NCBI GenBank assembly: GCA_035526765.1
Contig: DATLBS010000030.1
Coordinates: forward strand, 191,153 to 255,152
DNA length: 64,000 nucleotides
Source: Thermoplasmatota archaeon
GTDB taxonomy: Archaea > Thermoplasmatota > E2 > JACPAO01 > JAHFTW01
Direction of reading: 5' to 3'
Shown here: piece by piece, positions 1 through 8,570 of the stretch
Layout of the letters: each line of letters opens with the position of its first letter
Numbering within the stretch: position 1 is the first letter of the stretch
Program-made: the position numbers and the translations under genes
Notes under the pieces: generated by a model
Told to the model about the DNA's origin: nothing
The model's database searches: none
What the model saw: the letters and a program-made list of their open reading frames with translations, nothing else

Positions 1-1
1 C

Positions 2-658
2 ATCATCGGCAGCGGACAGGTCGGGCAGACCCTTGCGGCAGGGTTCGCGAAGAAGGGGCACGACGTCGTCCTGGGGACCCGCGACCCGAAGAAGGCGCTC
101 GCGGAGACGAAGGCAGGTCCACAGGGACAGCCTCCCCTGTCGGCGTGGGCGAAGGCGAACCCCAGGGTGAAGGTCGTGACGATGGCGGAGGCCGCGAGGC
201 ACGGCGAGGTGCTGGCTTTCGTGGTGCACGGGGCCGAAGTGGCGGAAGCCGTGAAGCAGGCAGGCGCCGACAACATGGCGGGCAAGCTGGTCCTCGACAC
301 CACGAACCCGCTGGAGTTCGGGCCCGACGGCGCGCACATCCCCAAGGGCATCAAGGATTCCTGCCTGCAGACGGCGCAGCGCGCGGCCCCCGGCGCCCGG
401 TTCGTGAAGGCGTGGAACTGCACGCCGGGCAGCCAGATGGTGGACCCGAAGGAGAAGGGCGACCAGTTCATCTGCGGCGACGACGCCAAGGCCAAGGAGC
501 AGGCGGCGAAGCTCCTCAAGGAGTTCGGCTGGAACGTGCGCGACGTCGGCGACGCCAGCATGGCTCCCTACGTGGAGGGGATGGCGCTCACGGTCATCAA
601 CTGGGCCGCGAAGGCCAACGACTGGGGCTGGGTCGTCAAGGTGCCTGGCGCGAAGTAG
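2..658 (+). CDS. NADP oxidoreductase, coenzyme F420-dependent family (NpdG-like dinucleotide-binding reductase). 5' end is outside the window.
   Basis: The frame is open from base 2 and reads IIGSGQVGQTLAAGFAKKGHDVVLGTRDPKK, a Rossmann GxGxxG motif, followed by the COG2085-like C-terminal domain. Stop at 656-658. Confidence 0.6.
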   Translation: MIGSGQVGQTLAAGFAKKGHDVVLGTRDPKKALAETKAGPQGQPPLSAWAKANPRVKVVTMAEAARHGEVLAFVVHGAEVAEAVKQAGADNMAGKLVLDTTNPLEFGPDGAHIPKGIKDSCLQTAQRAAPGARFVKAWNCTPGSQMVDPKEKGDQFICGDDAKAKEQAAKLLKEFGWNVRDVGDASMAPYVEGMALTVINWAAKANDWGWVVKVPGAK

Positions 659-767
659 CCGACCACCGTCCCCAGAGGGCGCAGAGCCGGGGAGACAAGG
701 GGTCGAACGCAAGCTTCGGCACCTGCCCTGTCCTCTGGGTCTCTGCGTCCTTTTCGGACGGGCGAGG

Positions 768-1625
768 TCACGCCGCGGGGATGGTCCCGAACTTGCCCGT
801 CTGGAAATCCTCGACCGCCTGCACGATCTCGTCCCGTGTCGTCATCACGAAGGGGCCGTACTGGAACACCGGCTCGTTGAGGGGCACGCCCGTCACGAAG
901 ACCCCGTCGAACCCCGTCGCCCCGGAATCGACCTGCAACCCGTCCCCGGAACCGCCCAGCACACCCAGCTTGTGGATGGACAGTTGCTGCCCGCCAGCGG
1001 TCGCCGTGCCCTCGAGGCAGTACAGGAATCCCTCGTGCCCCTGGGGGGTCGGGAGCCGCACCTTGCCGCCGGCGTCGAGGCGGACGTGCATGAACTGGAT
1101 GGGGGTGCGCGTGTCGATGACGGCGGCGTGCCCCTGGAACTTGCCCGCGATGACCTTCACGGAACCGCCGGGGAACGTGGCGGAGGGGATCTGCGCGCCG
1201 GGGATCTCCTGGTAGCGCGGCCGCATCATCTTGTCCGCCTTGGGAAGGTTCACCCACAACTGCAATCCATGCAGGCGACCGCCGTTCTTGCGCAGCTCAG
1301 GATGAGGCATCTCCGAGTGCACGATGCCCGCACCCGCCGTCATCCATTGCACGTCGCCCGGGCCCAGCTTGCCGGCGTGGCCGTGCGAGTCCCTGTGCTG
1401 GAACGCTCCCTCCAGCATGTACGTCACCGTCTCGAAGCCACGGTGGGGGTGGTCGGGGAAGCCGGCGCGTGCCCCTGGCTCGAAGTCGATGGGGCCCATC
1501 TCGTCCAGCATGAGGAAGGGGTCGATGCGTCCGACCTCCTGGCCGGGGAAGGCGCGGTGCACGATCATGCCGTCCCCCTCGGGGGTGCGGCGCGCGGTGG
1601 CGATGCGTTGGAGCGTTCGGTCCAT
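768..1625 (-). CDS. Pirin-family protein (cupin, quercetin 2,3-dioxygenase-like)
   Basis: Pirin signature HPHRGFETVTYMLEG and bicupin length (285 aa). Start moved to the internal ATG at 1625 (MDRTLQRI...); the upstream extension is Arg/Pro-rich and looks out-of-frame. Confidence 0.85.
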   Translation of the reverse strand: MDRTLQRIATARRTPEGDGMIVHRAFPGQEVGRIDPFLMLDEMGPIDFEPGARAGFPDHPHRGFETVTYMLEGAFQHRDSHGHAGKLGPGDVQWMTAGAGIVHSEMPHPELRKNGGRLHGLQLWVNLPKADKMMRPRYQEIPGAQIPSATFPGGSVKVIAGKFQGHAAVIDTRTPIQFMHVRLDAGGKVRLPTPQGHEGFLYCLEGTATAGGQQLSIHKLGVLGGSGDGLQVDSGATGFDGVFVTGVPLNEPVFQYGPFVMTTRDEIVQAVEDFQTGKFGTIPAA

Positions 1626-1758
1626 GCCCCCGACGCAGCGTGGAGGCGCAAAGGGTTGGTGGAGTGGGCCACCCAGCCGACCACCGACCACCAGCCACCG
1701 AGGACCCAAGAGAGGGGGTTGCCCCGGCGCCGGGAATGCTCGGCGACTGATGCGATGC

Positions 1759-2658
1759 CTAGCCGAACAATCTGGAAAGTTCCTGGTCGGGCTCCTCTAG
1801 GCTGCAGCTGCCGATGGTGAACGGCAGCCGGGACATGGCGCCTTCCAGCGTGTCGACATGCATCCCGAAGCCGCGCCAGTCCGCCCCGTCATCGAACGAG
1901 AACGCCTTCGCGTCGGTCTCGCGCAGCAGCTCCGCCAGGCCCTGGCTGGGGAACCCGGCGCCGTGCACCTGCAGCAGGCGGAAGGCCATGGCGAGGTTGA
2001 GGAACCCCTGCTCGCGACCCGTGGGCAAGGCATGGTGGAGCCCCTGCGTCGCCTTCAGGGGGACCGCGGAGGCAGCAAGCGCGGGCAGCAGGGCCTGCAG
2101 CGTCGTGCGGCTCACCGCGGTGGGGCCCGCGCAGCGGACCTTCATTCCCACGGCAGGCAATCCGTGGGACCCGGCGCCCAGCCTCTGCAGCAGTCCCAGC
2201 AGCGCAGCCTGCCCGGTCTTCCAGCGCGCAGGCGTCCACTTGGGCTCCAGGTACAGGCGCGCCGGGGCCAGGGCGCGCTGCGCCGCCCGCAGGGAGGCAA
2301 GCGCCTGCGGCGGGAACGCGGCCGCGTGCGCCTCGAGCGAGACGACCTGCGCCCAGGGGGCGGCCTTGCGGTTGAACGACTTCACGCGGCGCACGGCGGC
2401 AGCCAGGTCCTTGCGGTCGACGCCCACGACGGCCAGCGTGCACATGGTGTCGCCGAAGCCCGCGAAGCTGAGCTCGTGGCGTGTCACGAGGTCGAGCTGG
2501 GCAAGGGGCACCACGAAGTCCGCGCCAACCATGCGGGGGCGACGCAGCCGCGGCGCCTTGGCGGCCTCGCGCAGGGCGTCCTGCAGAGGCAGTGCGGCGG
2601 GGGGGAAGAGCCCCGCGTAGTCGAAGAGCCCCGTCACCAGCGTGTCCAGTCCAGTCAT
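1759..2658 (-). CDS. Hypothetical protein (299 aa), translationally coupled to the upstream FAH-family gene
   Basis: ATG at 2658 overlaps the FAH stop (ATGA). The protein starts MTGLDTLVTGLFDYAGLFPP and has normal composition. I recognise no family. The N-terminal 115 codons of the listed ORF are Arg/Pro junk. Confidence 0.5.
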   Translation of the reverse strand: MTGLDTLVTGLFDYAGLFPPAALPLQDALREAAKAPRLRRPRMVGADFVVPLAQLDLVTRHELSFAGFGDTMCTLAVVGVDRKDLAAAVRRVKSFNRKAAPWAQVVSLEAHAAAFPPQALASLRAAQRALAPARLYLEPKWTPARWKTGQAALLGLLQRLGAGSHGLPAVGMKVRCAGPTAVSRTTLQALLPALAASAVPLKATQGLHHALPTGREQGFLNLAMAFRLLQVHGAGFPSQGLAELLRETDAKAFSFDDGADWRGFGMHVDTLEGAMSRLPFTIGSCSLEEPDQELSRLFG

Positions 2659-3635
2659 GCGTGTCGCCTCACTTCCTGCTCGATGGCGCCGAAGACGCTG
2701 CGGCCGCCGTCCCTGACCTCGATGCGCACCCTGTCGCCGAAGCGCAGGAACGGCGTCAGGGGCGCGCCCGTCTTGATCGTCTCCAGCGTGCGGACCTCGG
2801 CCAGGCAGCCGCAGCCGCGCGACTCGTCCGCGTTGCTCACGGTTCCGGAGCCCAGGATGGTGCCCGCCGGCAGGGGGCGTGTGCGGGAGGCGTGCTCGAT
2901 GAGCTGGGGGAACGAGAAGAACATCTCGCCGCAGTCGGGTTCGCCGATGCGCTGGCCGTTGACCTCGACGCGGATGGGCAGGTGCAGGCGGCCCTCGCGC
3001 CATGCGGCTCCCAGTTCGTCGGGTGTGACCGCGAAGGGGCCGAGGCTGCTTGGGGGCTTGCCGTGGAAGAAGCCGAACCCTGCCGCGAGCTCACGGGGGA
3101 TGAGGCCGCGCAGGCTCACGTCGTTCAGCAGGACGAGGAGCTTGATGTGGCGGGCGGCGTCGGCCGCGGCCGTGCCCTGGGGGGTGTCGTCCAGGATGAC
3201 CGCGACCTCGGCCTCCAGGTCGATGCCGTGCTCCTCGCTCGTGGCCTCGATGGGGGCCCGCGGGGCCAGGAGGGGATCGCCCACGCCCTGGTACATGAGG
3301 GGGACCGTGCGCAGGTCGCTGGGCGGCTCGGCGTTGCGGGCCTTGCGCACCAGGAGGATGTGCTGGATGAACGCGGAGCCGTCGAGCCAGCTGGTGGTGC
3401 GCGGCAACGGGGCCAGGAACTCCATGTCGGCCACGGGCTGGACCTCGGGCCAGCGGCCTTCGTGTGCCTGGCGCTCGATGCGGCGGAGCTCGGGCTCGAC
3501 TGCCGCCCATTGCTCGAGGGCGGTGCGCAGGTTCGGGGTGATGCGGGCGGGGACGCGGGCGACGAGGCCCTTGTCCTGCAGCACGACCACGAGGGCGCCA
3601 TCCCGGCTTCCGTCGGGGATGGTCGCGAGCTTCAC
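2655..3635 (-). CDS. Fumarylacetoacetate hydrolase (FAH) family protein
   Basis: 326 aa with the FAH-fold C-terminal half (…GTILGSGTVSN…RFGDRVRIEV…) and a family-typical N-terminal domain. GTG start at 3635. Confidence 0.85.
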   Translation of the reverse strand: MKLATIPDGSRDGALVVVLQDKGLVARVPARITPNLRTALEQWAAVEPELRRIERQAHEGRWPEVQPVADMEFLAPLPRTTSWLDGSAFIQHILLVRKARNAEPPSDLRTVPLMYQGVGDPLLAPRAPIEATSEEHGIDLEAEVAVILDDTPQGTAAADAARHIKLLVLLNDVSLRGLIPRELAAGFGFFHGKPPSSLGPFAVTPDELGAAWREGRLHLPIRVEVNGQRIGEPDCGEMFFSFPQLIEHASRTRPLPAGTILGSGTVSNADESRGCGCLAEVRTLETIKTGAPLTPFLRFGDRVRIEVRDGGRSVFGAIEQEVRRHA

Positions 3636-3698
3636 GATGGGCCCCAGACCCGCGCTTTGCTTAACCGTGGCGGGCGAGGGCGTGGGGCCGCGGTCGCG

Positions 3699-4286
3699 CT
3701 ACAGTGGCTGGCCGCTGGGGAAGCTGGACTGGTCAGGGCGGTCGCTGTAGCCGATCAGCTCCGCCTTGTGGAACCCGAAGAGGCCCGCGGTGAGGGCCGG
3801 GAGGCAGCACTTCTGGATGTGGGCGTTGTAGGCGCCGGCCTTCTCGTTGTAGCGGCCCTTCTCCGTGGCGACCTTGTTGGCGGTGTTGATGGTCTCGGTC
3901 TGCACGTTCTGGTAGAGCGTGACCGACTTGAGGTCGGGGTAGTCCTCGTTCACGACCTTGATGATGAGGTTCCCGGTCTCGGTGACCTGCGAGCTGCACT
4001 GGTCCTTCTCGTTGATGGTCTGGGGGCTGGCGCAGGCACCGCTGCGGAGTGCCGCCACCTTGGTCTGGACGGCGCTCTCGTTGCGGAGGTACTGCTGGGC
4101 GAGGTCCTGGATCTGGGGCAGGAGCGTGAAGGCGCGCTGGTACTGGACGTCCACCTGCTTTCCCTGGGTCTCGACGCCCTGGCGCTCCTGGACGAGGGAA
4201 TTGTAGGCCGACACGGTGCCGATGAGGAGCAGGAGGACCACGAGCCCGACAGCGCCCAGGATGATCCATTTGCGGTCAATGGCCAC
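3699..4286 (-). CDS. lemA: LemA family protein
   Basis: N-terminal TM helix, then YNSLVQ…QYQRAF…LLPQI, a LemA-like pattern, at about 195 aa. GTG start. Followed by a TPM-domain gene, the conserved LemA-TPM pair. Confidence 0.85.
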   Translation of the reverse strand: MAIDRKWIILGAVGLVVLLLLIGTVSAYNSLVQERQGVETQGKQVDVQYQRAFTLLPQIQDLAQQYLRNESAVQTKVAALRSGACASPQTINEKDQCSSQVTETGNLIIKVVNEDYPDLKSVTLYQNVQTETINTANKVATEKGRYNEKAGAYNAHIQKCCLPALTAGLFGFHKAELIGYSDRPDQSSFPSGQPL

Positions 4287-4331
4287 GCGGGCCGATGGTG
4301 ACGTCCCGGTCTTGAATCCGACGGCCAGCCT

Positions 4332-5258
4332 TTAGGCCACGGAACCACGGAAGCCCGCGGGACCATCCGCGGACCAGGTTCGCTGCAGTCGGCCTCCCCA
4401 TCCGCCGCCACCGGAGCGTCCGCCCCCGAACCCTCCGCCGCCGCGGCCGCCACGTCCGCCACCCCAGCCGCCACCGCCCATCCCGCCGCCCCAGCCACCA
4501 CGGCCCCCCCACCCCCCGCCGCCGAAGCGGCCACGTCGCCTGCGGCTTGCCAGGCCCAGGACGAGGACGACGACGGCCACGAGCAGCAGGCTCGGCCAGT
4601 CCCACTCGCTGTCCTCGGGCTCGTCCTCGACGGCGGTGAAGTGCCCGTCCCGGTAGTTCCCGCGCAGGAACCCCACGAGGCCCAGGGTGCCTGCCGCCAA
4701 GGCGTGCGCCGTCGCCTGCGGCTCCGTGGACCCGTTGGCAAGCGCCTGCTGCCTGACCTGCGCCATGGAGTCGACGGCTTGCCGCGCGATGAGGGAATTG
4801 ATCGTGCCTTCCAGGCCATAGCCCGTCTCGACCCGTACGGCACCACTGCCCGACCCGTCGTCGCGGACGTACAGCACCAGCAGGCCGTCGTCGTGGCCCT
4901 TGGCGCCGATGCCCCACGCCTCGAACAGGTGCGTCGCGTAGCCCTCCAGGGATTCCCCTTCCAAGCCAGGGACGAGCGCCAGGACGACATGGGCCGAGGT
5001 CTCGTTGTAGAGCAGGCAGGCACGGGCCTCGACCACGGCCGCCTCGCCTTCGTCCATGAGGCCGATGAAGTCGTGCACGAAGCGGCGGTCGGCGCCAGGA
5101 AAACAATCCGAAGGGAAATAGCGTGGCGCGGCGCCAGCATCGGGGTACGCCGCCGCGAGGCTGGGCAGCAGCAGCAAGGCGGCGATGACGATGCCCCCCG
5201 CCAAAAGCCGGCGCACTGCCCACCCAACGGGCGCCGCGGCTTGAATCTGCTCCCGCAA
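4332..5258 (-). CDS. TPM-domain (TLP18.3/Psb32/MOLO-1 family) membrane protein with a Gly/Trp/Arg-rich C-terminal tail
   Basis: Signal/TM, then YPDAGAAPRYFP…VHDF…EGEAAVVEARA…VVLALVPGLEG, a TPM-like core. A second TM is followed by the tail GGGWGGRGGWGGGMGGGGWGGGRGG. TTG start. Confidence 0.75.
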   Translation of the reverse strand: MREQIQAAAPVGWAVRRLLAGGIVIAALLLLPSLAAAYPDAGAAPRYFPSDCFPGADRRFVHDFIGLMDEGEAAVVEARACLLYNETSAHVVLALVPGLEGESLEGYATHLFEAWGIGAKGHDDGLLVLYVRDDGSGSGAVRVETGYGLEGTINSLIARQAVDSMAQVRQQALANGSTEPQATAHALAAGTLGLVGFLRGNYRDGHFTAVEDEPEDSEWDWPSLLLVAVVVLVLGLASRRRRGRFGGGGWGGRGGWGGGMGGGGWGGGRGGRGGGGFGGGRSGGGGWGGRLQRTWSADGPAGFRGSVA

Positions 5259-5305
5259 CCCAACCCCTTTTCCGTCGCCCCAGGTCGGCCCCCGCGTTGC
5301 CCCGC

Positions 5306-5887
5306 ATGCCCGCCTCCCTGCCGGCCCCGGACGCCTGGGAGTACATCGAGGTACGGCGCAGCAACCTGCACGGGCGGGGGCTGTTCGCGGCCCGCGACCT
5401 CCCCAAGGGCACGTACGTGATGGAGTACCTTGGCGAGCGGATGGGCAAGCGCGAGGGCACGCGGCGCACGGACGAGCAGTGGGCCCGCGGGCGCGTCTAC
5501 ACGTTCGAGCTGAACAAGCGCTTCGACCTCGACGGCTCCATCCGGTCGAACCTTGCGCGGCTGGCCAACTTCAGCTGCGAGCCCAACTGCGAGTCGCAGA
5601 ACGAGCGTGGACGCCGCATCTGGATCGTCGCGATCAAGGACATCCGCAAGAGCTCGGAGATCACGTACGACTACAACTTCAGCTTCGTCGAGCCACCGCC
5701 CGTGTGCCGGTGCGGGTCGAGGCGGTGCCGTGGCTACATCGTCGGGGAGGAGCACATCGGCGACCTGTTGGAGTGGCTGGACCGCAGCGGCAGGAAGGCG
5801 CAGGCGGCCAAGGTCCGCCGCCAGTGGGTCAAGGCCAAGGGGACGGCCAGGGCCGCAGGCAAAGGACATGGCAAAGGCAAAACCTGA
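5306..5887 (+). CDS. SET-domain protein lysine methyltransferase with a Lys-rich C-terminal tail
   Basis: NFSCEPNCE (the NHSCxPN motif), EITYDYNF (the ELxFDY motif), and the post-SET Cys cluster CRCGSRRCRGY. Tail KAQAAKVRRQWVKAKGTARAAGKGHGKGKT. Confidence 0.8.
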   Translation: MPASLPAPDAWEYIEVRRSNLHGRGLFAARDLPKGTYVMEYLGERMGKREGTRRTDEQWARGRVYTFELNKRFDLDGSIRSNLARLANFSCEPNCESQNERGRRIWIVAIKDIRKSSEITYDYNFSFVEPPPVCRCGSRRCRGYIVGEEHIGDLLEWLDRSGRKAQAAKVRRQWVKAKGTARAAGKGHGKGKT

Positions 5888-6533
5888 GGCCCGGGTCGGC
5901 GCGCCCATGACGTTCGCCTGCCCCATGCACCCGGAAGTCGTCCAGGTCGGCCCGGGCCGGTGCCCCGTGTGCGGGATGCGCCTGGTCGAGGGTGCCGCGC
6001 GCGGCGGCCTCCCGATGCCGTCACCGGCCCCCGAGGTGGCGAAGGAGACGACCTTCGGCAGCTACGTCCCCCTCCTCGTGGTCATCCTCCTCATCGCGGC
6101 GTCCGCCGTCGCCGCCAATTGGGGGAGCCTCCGGGATGGCTCCGTCCACCCCAAGCCCATCGTGGCCGCGTTCATGGCGGGGTTCTTCCTCGTGTTCGCG
6201 GGCTTCAAGCTGATGGACCTCAAGGGGTTCGTGGAGGGCTACGGCACCTACGACCTGCTGGCCCGCCGCGTCGAGGCGTACGGTTACGCCTACCCGTTCA
6301 TCGAGTTGGCCTTCGGGGTGATGATGCTGGCCGGCTACCAGCCTGCGTGGCTGCTGTGGGCGGAGGTCGTCGTGATGGCGTTCTCGGGGCTGGGGGTCGC
6401 CATCAAGCTGGCCAAGGGCGAGAAGTTCCAGTGCTCGTGCCTGGGGACGTTCCTGAAGGTCCCGCTCACGAAGGTGACGTTGGTGGAGGACTTCGGCATG
6501 GCGGCGCTGGCGCTGTACTTGCTGTTCGGGTGA
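5868..6533 (+). CDS. Membrane protein with an N-terminal heavy-metal-binding motif and a MauE/DoxX-like domain
   Basis: CPMHPEVVQVGPGRCPVCGM matches the CPMHP…CPxCGM motif seen in copper-efflux proteins. It is followed by 4-5 TM helices (MauE-like). The ATG at 5868 overlaps the SET gene's 3' end by 20 nt. Alternative ATG at 5907. Confidence 0.65.
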   Translation: MAKAKPEARVGAPMTFACPMHPEVVQVGPGRCPVCGMRLVEGAARGGLPMPSPAPEVAKETTFGSYVPLLVVILLIAASAVAANWGSLRDGSVHPKPIVAAFMAGFFLVFAGFKLMDLKGFVEGYGTYDLLARRVEAYGYAYPFIELAFGVMMLAGYQPAWLLWAEVVVMAFSGLGVAIKLAKGEKFQCSCLGTFLKVPLTKVTLVEDFGMAALALYLLFG

Positions 6534-6659
6534 ACTCGCCACTGCCCAGCGCAGAGGACGCAGAGATCCGAGAGAAGGTTCGACGTCGCGGCGAGCAAAC
6601 CACACCACTCCCCTTCTCTACGCTCTCTGCGGCTGGTCGAAGCGGGAGGCGGTGCTGAG

Positions 6660-7088
6660 TCACTTCTTGCCGGAAGCCTTCGCCTTGGCGAACGCCGCCT
6701 GCACCGCCGACTCCAGCCCCTTGCGGTCACCCTGCATGGGGTCGACGCGGACCCAGCCGAACAGCTTGAACACGGCGCCCTCGGGCTCGCCCAGCGTGAA
6801 CCCCGACCCTTCCAGGCTCTTCCTCTGCGCCGGGTCAAGCAAGACCTCGACCGCTCCCGGGTGCTCCCCGCCGCGGAACAGGCGCACGAACTGGTTGCAG
6901 CCGACGATGAGCGCCACGTGCTCCTTGCCGAACTCCGACTGCAGCTCGGCGCCGGCGTCGCTGGCGCACGCCTGAGCGGTGCGCACCAGGTCCTGCAGCA
7001 GCTGCCTGTGCGGCTCCGGGACCGGGGCGCGCTCGAGCAGGCGGAGGGGGCGGTCGTCCCCGGCGGGCACGGTCGGGGTGTGGTCCAT
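6660..7088 (-). CDS. DsrE/DsrF-like family protein (tentative)
   Basis: 142 aa with a …LIVGCNQF… motif, which fits that family. Start moved to the ATG at 7088; the listed start is TTG. Confidence 0.5.
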   Translation of the reverse strand: MDHTPTVPAGDDRPLRLLERAPVPEPHRQLLQDLVRTAQACASDAGAELQSEFGKEHVALIVGCNQFVRLFRGGEHPGAVEVLLDPAQRKSLEGSGFTLGEPEGAVFKLFGWVRVDPMQGDRKGLESAVQAAFAKAKASGKK

Positions 7089-7363
7089 GGGTGGATCGCA
7101 GACGTGCAAAGAGAAGGCCGTTGCGCACGGGGGTGGGTGGTTGCCGCGTTCCGAACGCCACGGAGCACACGGAACCCACGGACCGGACCAGTTGTGATGA
7201 CGGACCCCTGGACTCTGTCGTGCAACCCGCCTCCGTGGCTTCCGTGGATTCCGTAGCTACCGTAGGGCGGCACTGGCAACTTGACGGCCCTACCTACAAT
7301 GTCTCAGTGGGAATTTCCCAGCGACCCAGACTTCGCTCGAGATTTCACGCCGTGACTAGGTTC

Positions 7364-7371
7364 CTTATATT
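7364..7371 (+). promoter_or_regulatory. Archaeal TATA box (CTTATATT) about 25 nt upstream of the ATG at 7396. Implies a leaderless or short-leader transcript.
   Basis: An AT-rich octamer in an otherwise 68% GC region, at the canonical -26/-30 position for the downstream glycoprotein gene. Confidence 0.55.
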
Positions 7372-7395
7372 TCGCGCGAAGCCGTTGCCGTCTCC

Positions 7396-8043
7396 ATGAA
7401 CCTGCTGACGCTCGTTTCATCCCTCGTGCTAGTCGCCTCCACCGCCACCGCCGGCATCCTGGCCGCCCCTCCCCTGCTTGGGACGACGGCTGCCGACGAG
7501 AACCACGGACCCGGCATCGCCATCGGTGGCTGGTGCATCGGCTCCTGCGGCAACCAGACCGGTGGGCAGGACAACTCGACGCACGGCAACCAGACCTCGC
7601 CGCTGCCCCCGCCGCTGGGTGGGCACCAGGGACCCTCCGGCAACCACACCCGCAACCAGACCTCGCCGCCGCCCGCCACCAACCAGACGGCCCCCCCGCC
7701 CACCTGCGGGGTGGAGATCCATGACTCGCGCGACATCGAGGGGCCCACCCGCATCCTGTGGACCTGGATGGTCGGCACCGCCACCACGAACCTCACCGTC
7801 GACCTCAACGTCGATGGCACCTGGGTCCCGATGGGGGGCGGCGCACGCGTGCTCCTGACGGACGGCGACGGCGATGTCGTGGCCAGCTCCTCGAGCTCAG
7901 GGTACGCGCTGCCCTTCGACCACACGTCCATCCGCTACTCGGCGACCGCGGAGGAAGGCCTCGCGTACGGGGAATGGCACCTCACCGTGGAAGCCAATGG
8001 TCTCCTGGGTGGAGCCTACCTCGACGTCCACAGTGCATGCTAA
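7396..8043 (+). CDS. Secreted protein with N-glycosylation sequons and a Pro/Thr-rich segment (hypothetical)
   Basis: Signal peptide MNLLTLVSSLVLVASTATA. Seven N-x-S/T sequons (NQT, NST, NQT, NHT, NQT, NQT, NLT). Ordinary codon usage. Confidence 0.55.
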   Translation: MNLLTLVSSLVLVASTATAGILAAPPLLGTTAADENHGPGIAIGGWCIGSCGNQTGGQDNSTHGNQTSPLPPPLGGHQGPSGNHTRNQTSPPPATNQTAPPPTCGVEIHDSRDIEGPTRILWTWMVGTATTNLTVDLNVDGTWVPMGGGARVLLTDGDGDVVASSSSSGYALPFDHTSIRYSATAEEGLAYGEWHLTVEANGLLGGAYLDVHSAC

Positions 8044-8115
8044 GTACCTTGGAGCCACGCACTTGAAGCGCCTGGGACACCGGTTGGCCTAAGTCGCGCC
8101 GGCCGATGCCCCGGC

Positions 8116-8562
8116 ATGCGCATCTCCTCCCCCTCCTTCGAGCCCAATGGCCCCATCCCCGCGGTGCACACCTGCAAGGGAAGGGACCTTTCGCCTGCCC
8201 TCGTCTGGAAGGACGTCCCGAAGGAAGCCGACACCCTGGCGCTCATCCTGGACGACCCTGACGCCCCGCGTGGCACGTGGACGCACTGGACGTTCTGGGA
8301 CCTCCCTGCGACGGTGACGGGCCTGGCCGAGGGGGAGAAGGCGACACTCCGCAAGGCCACGGAGGGCATCACTAGCGCCAGGACGATGGGATACCATGGG
8401 CCGTGCCCTCCCTCGGGCACGCACCGCTACGTGTTCACGCTGTACGCTGTCCAGGGGAGGCTCGGGCTGCCGTCCACGGCGACCGTGGAGGACCTTCGCC
8501 GCGCCCTGCAGGGCCGCGTCGTCGCCCAGGCGGACGTGATGGGGACCTTCGCGAAGGAGTGA
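8116..8562 (+). CDS. YbhB/YbcL family Raf-kinase-inhibitor-like protein (PEBP)
   Basis: 148 aa. Motifs DPDAPRG and …GYHGPCPP…THRYVFTLYA are typical of the bacterial/archaeal PEBP family. Confidence 0.9.
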   Translation: MRISSPSFEPNGPIPAVHTCKGRDLSPALVWKDVPKEADTLALILDDPDAPRGTWTHWTFWDLPATVTGLAEGEKATLRKATEGITSARTMGYHGPCPPSGTHRYVFTLYAVQGRLGLPSTATVEDLRRALQGRVVAQADVMGTFAKE

Positions 8563-8570
8563 GCGGCGCC

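Noticed and set aside
7184-7190. GTGATGA resembling a C/D-box sRNA C box
   Set aside because: There is no D box (CUGA) or C'/D' partners at the appropriate distances.
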